This document shows, piece by piece, positions 1 to 13,600 of a stretch of 64,000 nt of DNA. The position numbers and the translations under genes were made by a program. The stretch spans positions 24,180,001-24,244,000 of the forward strand of contig OZ231126.1 of NCBI GenBank assembly GCA_965153355.1, written 5' to 3'. The notes under the pieces were generated by a model. It saw only the letters and a program-made list of their open reading frames with translations. It did no database searches and was not told where the DNA came from. The DNA is from Flaccisagitta enflata (lineage: Eukaryota). Numbering within the stretch: position 1 is the first letter of the stretch; every line of letters starts with the position of its first letter.

Positions 1-1504
1 ACACCGCTGGTTCTGCCACCGAGTCTGTCACCGCTTCCAATGCATCTGCTGCTTCCGTCACTGCTTCAGCCAAATCTGCCGCTTCTGCCACTTCTGTCGC
101 CGCTTCCACTGACACTTTCTGTCGTCGATTCCACTGACACTTTCTGTCGTCAATTTCGCGCCAGTTTTCCGCCACTAAGCTGACGTTTTCGCGCCGAGTC
201 TCCATTTATCTTCCGCTTTTACTCACCTTTTCCGCTTTTCAAAGACCCGCTTCAGGGAAAAGTTTCGTGCAACATTTTCCGTCCGGCGCCGGCTTCACCA
301 TCGGCTTCACCATCAACGTCGGCGTCACCATCATCTGGTCACCATTTACCATAAAACCACCCTGACTGGTGATAAAATTGACGGATCATTGGCTACCCAC
401 TGCATTAACTTTGTGACTTCTTCATTAGGTATCACTTACTAATTTAGACGACCGCTTCAAGTTACAACTTTATACGATTATTAGATCATTAAAATAACTA
501 CTTCAGCAGCAGGAGGTAACATTCTTGATCACTGACTCGCCCACCACTTTAAAAATGAACAATGAACTGCCCATTTTAGTACAATAAAACTGGATCAAGT
601 CAACAACGTAGTGACGTTTTTCTCTCAATCACAAGTGGTAGGCCATCACCTTCCACTCATCCACCCCCACCTCCCTTTCATTCCCCAACCTTCAAAAGTG
701 AAACCTCTACCGTCATTTTCTTCCCACGGCTATGCGGTCGTGGTAAAGGGGCGGTTTTTCTACTACTACTACTACAGCGCGCCGTCTCTGGGAGGCTTCC
801 TTCCCCGTTCGGCCGCTTTGGTGTCTTTTATTGACCATAACTGTCACGATAACGCCGTCGGTCGCCGCCAGGATCGCGACTGAACCGCGCCAGCCGAGAT
901 AATTCTTCACGATATACTAAGAGAGAAACTGAGGAAAGTGAAGAGAGAAACTGATGGCGAAAATAAAGAGGAGGGAGAGGAGGAGGCAGAGAAGGGAAGA
1001 GGTGGAGGCACAAGATAAGGGTAAGCGAAGGTGTTGTCAGGGGACACAGAAGGTGGAGGGAAGAAAGGGAGATGAAGGCTGAATTAGGGGATTGAGAGGG
1101 GGAGGCATAAAGATGGAAAAGATTTTAGGTAGTGGAGGCAGAAAGAAGGTAAGCAGAATTTAGGGAAGTGTTGAGGCAGTATAGGGAGATGGAACTCATG
1201 GGTTAGCAAGGAAAAAGGCAGGCCTCTAGATTTTGGAGCAGCGAGCAGCGCCGCTTCTCGGCAGGGAAAGGGAGATGTTGGCAGGTCCTAAAGGTGCAAG
1301 ATGAAGAAGAAGGTTAGCAGAAGAAGAAGAAGAAGAAGAAGAAGAAGAAGAAGAAGAAAGAAGAAGAAGAAGAAGAATATGAAGTATACATGAAGAAAGA
1401 AAGAAAGAAAGAAAAGACAAAGACAGAGAAGGAGAAGATCGAAATGGAGATGATGGTAATTGCAGTCAGCATTTATATCATTTGCATATTGTAGTTTTAC
1501 GATT
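1..1504. repeat. Inverted segmental duplicate, arm A (reverse complement of 28272-29774; probably continues left of the window)
   Basis: Position 1 pairs with 29774. ORFs 611-883(+) and 28892-29164(-) translate identically, and 713-910(-) vs 28865-29062(+) differ at one residue. Similarity decays at ~1290-1504 and then stops. Confidence 0.95.
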
Positions 1505-1733
1505 CGGGCAAATCGCCGTTATTTACTTCCCACCGTTATCCGCGGTGTTCCAATGCGAGCCGTTGAGTTTCGGAGATGTGGTTTATTTAATCTGCATCGC
1601 GTCTTCCGTGTTTTTGATTCACGAAGTCAAGAAACTCGCGTTTGGGGAGAGGAAGGAGAAGTTGGAGTCCGTGTCGTCCAAGTTGGGGGTGAAATTGAGG
1701 TCGACGGATTGGAAGGAGAAGAAGAAGAGGTAG
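1503..1733 (+). CDS. ATP2C1: C-terminal fragment (last transmembrane helices and tail) of a secretory-pathway Ca2+/Mn2+ P-type ATPase, SPCA/PMR1 family; appears 5'-truncated
   Basis: FGQIAVIYFPPLSAVFQCEPLSFGDVVYLICIASSVFLIHEVKKL...KKKR-TAG resembles the SPCA C-terminus as I recall it ([23 protein letters not shown]..L....SSV..V.E..K). Similarity begins exactly where the inverted-duplicated arm ends, and no upstream exons are seen in the window. Confidence 0.75.
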   Translation, partial: FGQIAVIYFPPLSAVFQCEPLSFGDVVYLICIASSVFLIHEVKKLAFGERKEKLESVSSKLGVKLRSTDWKEKKKR

Positions 1734-1761
1734 TGAGGTTGGTGAGGATGATGAGGATGAT

Positions 1762-1864
<103 letters not shown>

Positions 1865-2310
1865 AGAAAGAGAGAGAGGAACAAACGGACGACAACGAAC
1901 TGAAGACACAAGACAGGCTGACAAAGACTGACTGACAGAGACAAACGGATGACGAAGACTACTGAGTCTTGATGACAAAGGCGGAGTTACCCGGAGGCAA
2001 AAGAACACGGAACCGACCGAACTGAAGTGGACTGTGCGTATTAGCTCCATATCATTAACACTCAGATTCTTTGTAAAATCACAATCTAGATTTGCACAAT
2101 ACTCGTGTTACAAGGTTGACGTTTTTGATGAAAAAAGAGGCACATTCATGAGTCAGACGTGTGGCTGATATATTTCATTCGTTTAAAATGCAGATAATAA
2201 AGAAAACACTTTCCATAATGAGCCACTTACACACTTTCTTATAATGAGCCATTTATACAGTATTTCATCATTGATCACTAACAAAGTGGTCCCGGGTCTA
2301 TTTATAGATA

Positions 2311-3316
2311 CAGTTTAGCTTCACTAGAGCGCACCCGCTAATAAGGCATCCCTCGCTTCATGGCATGTTTTCAAAAGTCCCAACTTTTGTCCCTTTATTC
2401 CTTAGTTAAAAAGCCCCGCATATAAGGCACCCGCCTATTAGGCAAATTTCACTATAGCGCATAAAAAATGGGATTTTGGATAGATATTTGGCTCGCTTTG
2501 AAGGCATCAGACAAGCAAATTAAGGAGCTGGCTAAAAAAAAAGTTGGAAAAGAGGGCAAAAGATCAAAAGGAATACCATTAAGGGCAATTTCGATGATGA
2601 AGAGGAATACCAATGATGATGACGAGTGATACCGATGATGATGAAGAGGAACATCAATGATTATGATGAAGAGGAAGTGAAAGAATCGGGATACTAGGTG
2701 AAATGAATGGGAGAGGAAGGAGATGATGAAGAAGAAGAGTGAAAACTCGATTTGCCGATGAATCCATGCCAATGAAAGATCGATGATGCCATGCTGGTTT
2801 GTGAATGACATTTTCAACCACTCTATAATTAGTCATGCCTTGAGAATTAAAGGTCCAAGAATAGTCGCTACCATGCTAGTTTTAAAATCGATGAAAGAGA
2901 CTTTCTCTTACATTCCTTCACACTGTCATATTCAACAAAGTATTTCTTGGAAAGAAACACAACCCCAATCATGAGTTTATGTAATTAAGATCTGTCCGCA
3001 TTTTTTATGCGCGGCAGTCTCTTTTCTTGTCTTATGCATGGTATGTCAGGTAACGAGCTGGTTAATGATAACAGTGAGACTGTTTACAATCACTGCCCAT
3101 TGCATAAAGTGAAGGAAGCTTTAAATTAATTTTGTTGCCGACTCCAAGCATCCTGTTGGATTGTGTATCAAACCAACAGATAGAGTAAGTAACGTATATT
3201 TGAACCTTATGTATTCAGTATGGTGCAAAAATATTCATGCTCGGCTTTAAGGCACCTCGCCTAGAAGGCATGAAATCAACCGGTCCCTTGACATGCCTTC
3301 TAGTGAAGCTTAACTG
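2311..3316. mobile_element. 1.0 kb Tc1/mariner-superfamily (pogo/Tigger-like) non-autonomous element
   Basis: TA|CAGTTTAGCTTCACTAGA ... TCTAGTGAAGCTTAACTG|TA: 17/18 TIR match, TA target duplication and CAGT terminus. Confidence 0.8.
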
Positions 3317-3724
3317 TATATTCTTCAATTGAAAATGAAATCGAGTATTTTCTAAACCTAGATAAGAATAGTTATTGTTGGATTATTGACCATGCACCGA
3401 TAAAAAAACAACGTAATTCTGTATATACCGTATGCACTTACCTCAAATTAATGGATTAATGTTTGTATCTTCAAATGCCGAAACGAGGTTTCTTAATTCC
3501 TGTTGTTTTTTTGTTTTGTTTTAAAGAATCGCCGATTTTTTTCTATGGGCGGTGTTTCCTTTGTGTGTCTTTATCCGTTTTATAATAAATTTTCTTTGTT
3601 AAATGATTCTTTTTTTTTAAATTGTTAACATGAAAATGTCGATATTATACTGTTTCGTTGCTTTGCGATGCAAAAGAAAATCAAGTGAAAAAAGTCAAAT
3701 AATTGGAGGAGATAAAAAACTCCG

Positions 3725-3829
<105 letters not shown>

Positions 3830-4551
3830 AACCCGAAGTCGAACGGTGGTCAACAGTTATGTTGGTAAATTGTTGATCTTTTTTTTTCTCGGCAGTTGGT
3901 ATCTTTTGTTTGTTTATTTCTCTTCCGTTATATTTTTTTTCTGTCTGTATTATATCACACTTTACAAACAACGACGAACTCGGAACCTCAAATGGAAGTT
4001 ATTGTTGTTCTTTTATTTACTTTGAATATATACTTTTTTAAAAGAAGATGATGTTGATCTTTTTTTTCGAATGTAAACAAAGAAGAAGAGCCACACGCAC
4101 GAGCGTTACAGAGTCCAAGATCTGATAGAAATTGAGAAACGAAGGAAGGGAAGAAGTCTAGATGTATTGTAAACATGAATTCATTTCACGAATACTCTAT
4201 GAGATGACTAAAGTAAGAACGAATATCCTCAACTAAAACTCCTGTGCATGAAGAGTACATGCACGGTGAAATGGCAACCCATTGAGTAATCTAAGTAAAA
4301 TGAATTCAAAACAGTTCGTGCGGGTGAATCACGCGTAAGCACAGGCTGTAAAGCGATAGAATTAGAAAGAGCCTACACGAGCAAATTGAAAGTGCTGCCG
4401 GGTCATCAAGGTAATGATGCTGAACAGCAAGAAACTAGGGTAATTTCCCAGGCATTACAATAGAGTAATCATAAATCAACGTCGTCTTATCTCGAGCTTG
4501 TTACATCACCCGTCCACCCGTAACAACCGCACACCAACTCTCTCTCCCTCT

Positions 4552-4605
<54 letters not shown>

Positions 4606-4608
<3 letters not shown>

Positions 4609-7600
4609 GGCCGTGGAGAGAAATGGCGGGCCCCCCCTCTGGCCCATATGGCCGGGCCCCCCCTTGTGCCCCCACTCGTCACTCTTTAAATTGTCAATTT
4701 TGTGTTATTTATACATCACTTTGAAAAGTACTCAAACTTTTGCCTCTAGGACTTGCAACCTGGCATTGATAATTTTTTTTTAATGAAACAAAGAAATCAG
4801 AGCACTACATGGCAATAACTTTAAAAAATACAAAACATTTTAAAACTCTGTAAATAAACTTAAACAACACTATTAGAAATTATATAACAGCTTTACAAGC
4901 GCTCGAATTTGATTGAATAAAGGTTGGGCATCCCAGAAAGGCTGGTTCTGAAGGCTACTTCAAAAAATTATCAAAACCTCTCTTTCATTGGGACCATGGA
5001 CATCCTCTAGGACCAAAACAATTGTTGTTCTATGATTTTTTTAAGAAATGTGCAGCGGGTGCCCTTTAGTAGATTGCTTGTTACAGAGCCAAAAACGCGA
5101 AAAATCGCAAAAAACGCCAAAAATGTTTTTTTTCACCTTATCTTGATACTAATTACCCAAGTCCTACAGTAGTAAAACTATCTATTTCAGCTTCTACAAT
5201 ATATAAACTTGCAAGAACAACAAGAAATCTAGTTCTGTGTGTCAGAACCCTTTTGATTACACTACACATGAGCTAAGAGTGCGAAAAACGCAAAAAAAAC
5301 AAACGAAAAATTGAGATTGCCTATCTTGTTTTCTTGCTATTCCTTGACAAATTGGAAAATCCTTGAGGCTGGTCTTGTTTGAAAGATATTAGGTAGTAGG
5401 TAGAATATAAGATAAGGAGAAGTAGCTGAAAGGGGTCCCAGTGGGGCCCTCTGGGGGTCCTCAAAGGACCCCAAATGACCAAAATAGCTGAAAATGACTA
5501 AAAAATGAGGGGTTTTAGAGTTGATTCTTCTCAAATGTTATTGGGGAGGACAATTTATGTTAAGATACTGTCACCTGGTTTGAGCAACAAAGAAAAGGTC
5601 AGGGCCCCCTCAGGGACCTATTCAAGGGGCTCCTAGATGCTCCAAAAGGCTTGAAACGGGCAAAAATGACCAAAATTTAAGCATTTTTATCAATTCTCTG
5701 ACTATGAAGGGCCTAGTTATCTGTTTAGCTCTCTCATCAGTGCAGAAGAACTAGATACGATCCCTGATGGGCCCATCCAGAGGATCTAAGGACCCATGAT
5801 AGCCAAAAATGAGCAAATCTTGACATTTTTACACTATTCTTCTTTGATACATTGTTGGACTACACCTGTTTACTGTTTATTGGATGGATGATTGATTGAC
5901 AGATGGAATGATTGATTGTTAGATTGATTCATATGTCATATATCATACCTCAATTATCATACATCATACATAATAATTTACCTAGTAAAAGGATAGATTT
6001 TTAAGCTGCGTTGCTCATGCTTTAATGATCATTGTTTAATCATCATTGTTTTTGGCTTTGTTTCTTGTTTTTGTTTATATTTTTTTTCTCTTTTTCTTTT
6101 TTTTTTTCTCTAATGAACCAAGGGAGGGGGAGAATAATATTAAAGGTTTTGGAGCAATTTCAATACTCTCAAACTGACTCAATGTCTAGTCCTCAGGGAT
6201 TTTTCTATCCCAGCCATCATTTTTCCATATTCCAGCGCCAAAAACAAGGCCCATGAACTTTTTTTTAGAAATAAAGCCTGACTCTTTGACTTCCCAGGAT
6301 CAGTCTCATGAACAACATCAGACTTGATTTTTTCAAAATCTACCAGTTCCCCATGGTAGAAAAGAGAGGGTAGCCATGCCTCCTAAGAGCAAAGATCTTC
6401 CTCATTAATTGCCAAGCTGGAAGAGAAATAACTTTGGATTGTCATTTCCATTTGAAATGGTGATCTCAATGTAAGACTCTTTCGGTCAAAGATATGTTGC
6501 CAGATCAGATACTGAGACAATGCCATCATATGGGGCATATGGGATGCCTGAAGTGGTAAAGCTTTACCAAGCTCTGACTCAGCATGATCAGATTATCTAT
6601 CAGCTCTAGGCCAGGTACTTATGCAGATGCAACACTAAATTTGCAACAAAAGTGATGCCATGGGGTCAGCGTGGCTTCCATTGCTATTGATTGATATCTG
6701 AACAAGCCTGCTACACAAAACAAAATACTAATGTTTACTAAAACAAAGCAGTAGTGATATGTGTTCAGCAATACCCACTGCCCTTCTTTGTATGATTGTA
6801 TTTGGGAATGAGTGGGAGCAGGGCACAGCTCCGAAGCAGTTAGTACACAGGGGGTGATTAAAGGCTTCAAAAAGCTTGGGAGGGCTGATTGGGGCTGAAA
6901 AGACAAAATTTTAGGTCCAAGACAGTTGATTTCATCAAAAAGCAGGCTTATTTGAGGCCTGAAAGAGCCCTGGTAAAACTGATTTAAGGCCTGAGAGGAT
7001 TTAATTGAGGTCAGACGAGGCTAATTTGGCGCCCAAAAGTTGATTTCATGGCTCAAAACGCTAATTTGGTGCCTGAAAGAGTTGATCAGCAGAGGCTGAA
7101 GGCTGAAGGCTGAAGAGGGAGACAGCCATAAAGCCAAAAAGGGATAGACGGAGACAGTGATGAATGAACATAAGTCTTTCTGTGTTCTTCTATTGCACAT
7201 CAAATTGTACAATGTCAAGTAGCAAGTCTTTATCTTTACAGCAAGAGCTGCAGCAGCTATAAAATCAATTAATTTTCATAACAATCATTACATTTGATGA
7301 TAAGTGGGAAAATATTCCTCTTTATACCCAAACGGAGAAAAATTTAGATACAGTTTGTTATAAGATATAGGAGATAATCAATCATCCAACATCCAACAAA
7401 ATATAAGCAAATAATCTATGAAAAGATGAATAACATTAAATGTCAAGATTTGAAACACTTGGCTATCATGGTCCCATAACATGAATGGGTTCAACAGGGG
7501 TCTTCAGCTTTCACTTTTATTCTTATCTAGTTCTGCTGCACTGATGAGGGAAGCTAAACAGATAACACAGATAACTAGGTCCTTCCTCGTCAAAACTGCT

Positions 7601-10600
7601 TAAATTTTGGCCATTTTTCCCCGTTTTAAGCCTCTTGGAGCATCTAGGGGCCCCTTGAATGGGTCCCTGAGGGGCCCCTGACCTTTTCTTTTGTTGCTCC
7701 AAACCAGATGGAATTTCCCTCCCCAACAACGTTTGAGAAGAAACAACTCCAAAACCCCCATTTTTTGGGCTTTTTTCAGCTGTTTAGGTTGTTTGGGGGC
7801 CCTTTGAGGAACCCAGGAGGGCCCCACAGACATATGAATCAATCTAATAATCAATCATTCAGTAAATCAATCAATCATCCATACAATAAACAGTAAATAG
7901 GTCCAGTCCAACAATGTATCAAAGAAAAATAGTGTAAAAATGTCAAGATTTGGTCATTTTTGACTATTATGAGTCCTTTAGGTCCTCTGGATGGGCCCAT
8001 CAGGGGTCTCCAGCCTTCTTATCTAGTTCTGCTGCACTGATGAGGGAAGCTAAACAGATAACTAGGCCCTTCATTGTCAAAGATGGCAAAATCATAAAAT
8101 GCTTAAATTTCAATAGTTTTGCCCGCTTTAAGCCCGCGTTTTTGCCTGCTTAATTGAGATTGTTCATCTTGTTTTTTTGCTATTCCTTTTGACAAATTGG
8201 TAAAAACTTGAGGCTGGTCTTGCTTGAAAGATATTAGGTAGTAGAACATAGAAGATAATATAGTTTTAAATATGCCCAGGGGTTCTCCCTCTGGGGTCCT
8301 CAAAGGACCCCAAATGACCAAAAATAGCTGAAAATGACTAAAAATGAGGGTTTTAGAGTTGATCTTCCTAAATGTTATTGGGGAGGACAATTTATGTTAA
8401 GATACTGTCACCTGGTTTGGAGCAACAAAAGAAAAGGGTCAGGGGCCCCTCAGGGACCTATTCAAGGGGCTCCTAGATGCTCCAAAAGGCTTGAAACGGG
8501 CAAAAATGACCAAAATTTAAGCATTTTTATCAATTCTCTGACTATGAAGGGCCTAGTTATCTGTTTAGCTCTCTCATCAGTGCAGCAGCAGAACTAGATA
8601 AGACCCTGATGGGCCCATCCAGAGGATCTAGTAATTTGATGATAGCCAAAAATGAGCAAATCTTGACATTTTTACACTATTCTTCTTTGATACATTGTTG
8701 GACTACACCTGTTTACTGTTTATTGGATGGATGATTGATTGACAGATGGAATGATTGATTGTTAGATTGATTCATATGTCATATATCATACCTCAATTAT
8801 CATACATCATACATAATAATTTACCTAGTAAAAGGATAGATTTTTAAGTTAAGGTTTTCATGCTTTTAATGATCATTGCTTAATCACTGGCTGTTTTTGG
8901 CTTTGTTTTTTTGCTTATATTTCTTTTTCTTTTTCTTTTTTTTTTTCTCTGAATGAATCATGAGGGGTGAGAATAACATTATAGGTCTTGGAGTAATTTC
9001 AATACTCTCAAACTGACTCAATGTCTAGTCCTCAGGGATTTTTCTATCCCAGCCATCATTTTTCCATATTCCAGCGCCAAAAACAAGGCCCATGAACTTT
9101 TTTTTTAGAAATAAAGCCTGACTCTTTGATCTCCTCCCAGGATGCAGTCTCATGAACAACATCAGACTTGATTTTTTCAAAATCTACCAGTTCCCCATGG
9201 TAGAAAAGAGAGGGTAGCCATGCCTCCTAAGAGCAAAGATCTTCTTCACACTGCTGCTGGAAGAGAAATAACTTTGATTACTATTTCCATTTAAATGCAG
9301 GATTCAACAAGACTCTTCTGTCAAAGATATGTTGCCAGACTGTAGATACTGAGGCAATGCCATCATATGGGGCATATGGGATGCCTGAAGCGGTAAAGCT
9401 TTACCAAGCTCTGACTCAGCATGATCAGATTATCTATCAGCTCTAGGCCAGGTACTTATGCAGATGCAACACTAAATTTGCAACAAAAGTGATGCCATGG
9501 GGTCAGCAAATGCTGCTATTGCCATTGATTGATATCTGAAAAGCTCACACAAACAAAAATACTACTACTAAAACAGCAGTAGTGTGATATGTGTTCTGCA
9601 ATAATACCACTGCCCTTTTCTTTTGTGAATGAGTGGGAGCAAAGGTTGTGCCTGAAGGGGTTATACACAGGGGGTGATTAAAGGCTTCAAAAAGCTAGGG
9701 AGGGCTGATTGGGGCTGAAAAGACAAAATTTTAGGTCCAAGACAGTTGATTTCATCAAAAAGCAGGCTGATTTGAGGCCTGAAAGAGCCCTGGTAAAACT
9801 GATTTAAGGCCTGAGAGGATTTAATGGAGGTCTGACGAGGCCAATTTGGCGCCCAAAACAGTTGATTTCATGGCTCAAAATGCTAATTTGGTGCCTGAAA
9901 GAGTTGATGAGCAGAGGCTGAAGGCTGAAAAGAGGGGGGATGCACAAAGCCAAAGGGAAGTGGGACAGACGGACAGACAGATGAATGAACATAAGTATCT
10001 TTCTAGGTTCTTCTATTGCATATCAAATTGTACTAAATGTCAAGTGAAGAAGTCTTTATCTTTACAGCAAGAGTTGCAGCAGCTATAACCACTAATTTTC
10101 ATATCAATCATATCGTGTATGACAAGTGGGAAAATATTCCTCTTTATACCCAAACGGAGTGAAATTTAGATACAGTTTGTTATAAGATATAGAAGATAAA
10201 CAATCAATTATCCAACAAACAGTAAGCAAACAATCTATGAAAGATGAATAACATTAAAAAAGTCAAGATTTGATCACTTTGGCTATCATGGGTCCCACAA
10301 GGCGTTTTGTATGGTTCAATAGGGTCTTCTAGCCACTTTTATTCTTATTTAGTTCTGCTGCACTATTGAGGGAAGCAACAGATAACTAGGTCCTTCATTG
10401 TCAAAACTGCTTAAATTTTGGCCATTTTTTCCCGTTTTAAGCCTCTCTGGAGCATCTAGGGCTCTTGAATGGGTCCCTTGGCGGTCCTCCTGACCTTTTC
10501 TTTTGATGTTCCACACCAGATGGAATTTCCCTCCCCAACAACGTTTGAGAAGAAACAACTCCAAAACCCCCATTTTTTGGGCTATTTTCAGCTGTTTAGA

Positions 10601-13600
10601 TTATTTGGGGGCCCTTTGAGGAACCCAGGAGGGCCCCACAGACATATAAATCAATCTAATAATCAATCATTCAGTAAATCAATCAATCATCCATCCAATA
10701 AACAGTAAATAGGTCCAGTCCAACAATGTATCAAAGAAAAATAGTGTAAAAATGTCAAGATTTGGTCATTTTTGACTATTATGAGTCCTTTAGGTCCTCT
10801 GGATGGGCCCATCAGGGGTCTCCAGCCTTCTTATCTAGTTCTGCTGCACTGATGAGGGAAGCTAAACAGATAACTAGACCCTTCATTGTCAAAGATGGCA
10901 AAAAATTGATAAAAATGCTTTTGCATTGGTTTTTGCCCGTTTAAGCCCGTTGCCTGCTTTAAATTGAGATTAAACGATCTGGGAGCTTTTTTGCTATCTC
11001 TGACAAATTGGTGTAAAATCCTTGAGGCTGGTCTTGCTCTTTGAAAGATGTTAGGTAGTAGAACATAAGATAAGGAGAAGTAGCTGAAAGGGGTCCCAGT
11101 GGGGCCCTCTGGGGGTCCTCAAAGGACCCCAAATGACCAAAATAGCTGAAAATGACTAAAAAATGAGGGGTTTTAGAGTTGATTCTTCTCAAATGTTATT
11201 GGGGAGGACAATTTATGTTAAGATACTGTCACCTGGTTTGGAGCAACAAAAGAAAAGGTCAGGGGCCCCTCAGGGACCTATTCAAGGGGCTCCTAGATGC
11301 TCCAAAAGGCTTGAAACGGGCAAAAATGACCAAAATTTAAGCATTTTTATCAATTCTCTGACTATGAAGGGCCTAGTTATCTGTTTAGCTCTCTCATCAG
11401 TGCAGCAGAACTAGATAAGACCCCTGATGGGCCCATCCAGAGGATCTAAAGGACCCATGATAGCCAAAAATGAGCAAATCTTGACATTTTTACACTATTC
11501 TTCTTTGATACATTGTTGGACTACACCTGTTTACTGTTTATTGGATGGATGATTGATTGACAGATGGAATGATTGATTGTTAGATTGATTCATATGTCAT
11601 ATATCATACCTCAATTATCATACATCATACATAATAATTTACCTAGTAAAAGGATAGATTTTTAAGCTGCTGCTCATGCTTTAATGATCATTGTTTAATC
11701 ATCATTGTTTTTGGCTTTGTTTCTTGTTTTTGTTTATATTTTTTTTCTCTTTTTCTTTTTTTTTCTCTAATGAATCAAGGGAGGGGGAGAATAACATTTA
11801 AGGTTTTGGAGCAATTTCAATACTCTCAAACTGACTCAATGTCTAGTCCTCAGGGATTTTTCTATCCCAGCCATCATTTTTCCATATTCCAGCGCCAAAA
11901 ACAAGGCCCATGAACTTTTTTTTTAGAAATAAAGCCTGACTCTTTGATCTCCTCCCAGGATGCAGTCTCATGAACAACATCAGACTTGATTTTTTCAAAA
12001 TCTACCAGTTCCCCATGGTAGAAAAGAGAGGGTAGCCATGCCTCCTAAGAGCAAAGATCTTCCTCATTAATTGCCAAGCTGGAAGAGAAATAACTTTGGA
12101 TTGTCATTTCCATTTGAAATGGTGATCTCAATGTAAGACTCTTTCTGTCAAAGATATGTTACGGTAGATCAGATACTAAAGGCATGCCATCATATGGGCT
12201 ATGGGATGCCTGAAGCGGTAAGCTTTACCAAGCTTTCTCTGACTCAGCATAATCAGATTATCTATCAGCTCTTGGCCAGGTACTTATGCAGATGCAACAC
12301 TAAATTTGTAACAAAAGTGATGCCATGGGGTCAGCCATGCCATTGCCATTGATTGATATCTTAACCAAGCTCATACACAAACAAAATACTAACATTTCAA
12401 AACAAGCAGTAGTGATATGTGTTCAGCAATACCCACTGCCCTTCTTGTGAATGAGTGAGCAGGGCACAGCTCTGAAGGGCAAAGAATAGGAAGAGGATTA
12501 AAGGCTTCAAAAAGCTTAGAGGGTTGATTGGGGCTGAAAGATGTACTTTGAGGTCCAAGACAGTTGATTTCATCAAAAAGAAGGCTGATTTGAGGCCTGA
12601 AAGAGCCCTGGTAAAACTGATTTAAGGCCTGAGATGATTTAATTGAGGTCAGACGAGGCTAATTTGACGCCCAAAACAGTTGATTTCATAGGCCCAAAAT
12701 TCTAATTTGGTGCCTGAAAGAGTTGATCAGCAGAGGCTGAAGGCTGAAAAGAGGGAGGGATGCACAAAGCCAAAGGGATAGATTTTGGATGACAGATGAA
12801 TGAACATAAGTCTTTCTGGTGTTCTTCTATTGGTACACATCAAATTGTACAATGTCAAGTAGCAAGTCTTTATCTATACAGCAAGAGCTGCAGCAGCTTA
12901 TAAATCAATTAATTTTCATATCAATCATATTGTGTATGACAAGTGGGAAAATATTCCTCTTTATACCCAAACGGAGGAAAATTTAGATACAGTTTGTTAT
13001 AAGATATAGGAGATAATCAATCAATTATCCAACAAACAGTAAGCAAACAATCTATGAAAGATGAATAACATTAAAAATGTCAAGATTTGGTCACTTTTGG
13101 CTATCATGGGTCCCACAAGGCGTTTGTATGGGTTCAACAGGGGTCTTCAGCTTTCACTTTTATTCTTATTTAGTTCTGCTGCACTGATGAGGGAAGCTAA
13201 ACAGATAACTAGGTCCTTCATCGTCAAAACTGCTTAAATTTTGGCCATTTTTCCCCGTTTAAGCCCTTTGGAGCATCTAGGGGCCTCTTGAATGGGTCCC
13301 TGAGGGGCCTCTGACCTTTCTTTTTGATGTTCCACACTGTGATGGAATTTCCTCTCAACAACGTGTTTGAGAAGAAACAACTCCAAAACCCCCATTTTTT
13401 GGGCTTTTTTCAGCTGTTTAGGTTGTTTAGGGGCCCTTTGAGGAACCCAGGAGGGCCCCACAGACATATGAATCAATCTAATAATCAATCATTCAGTAAA
13501 TCAATCAATCATCCATACAATAAACAGTAAATAGGTCCAGTCCAACAATGTATCAAAGAAAAATAGTGTAAAAATGTCAAGATTTGGTCATTTTTGACTA

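Noticed and set aside
2450-2980. Acidic-codon-rich stretch inside the pogo-like element as a transposase C-terminus
   Set aside because: Plausible but frame-broken, with no DDE motif visible; not called as CDS.
6300-6700. Possible captured gene or transposase remnant in the core of the 2.8 kb unit
   Set aside because: In-frame stops, indels between copies and no recognisable motif; BLASTX would be needed.
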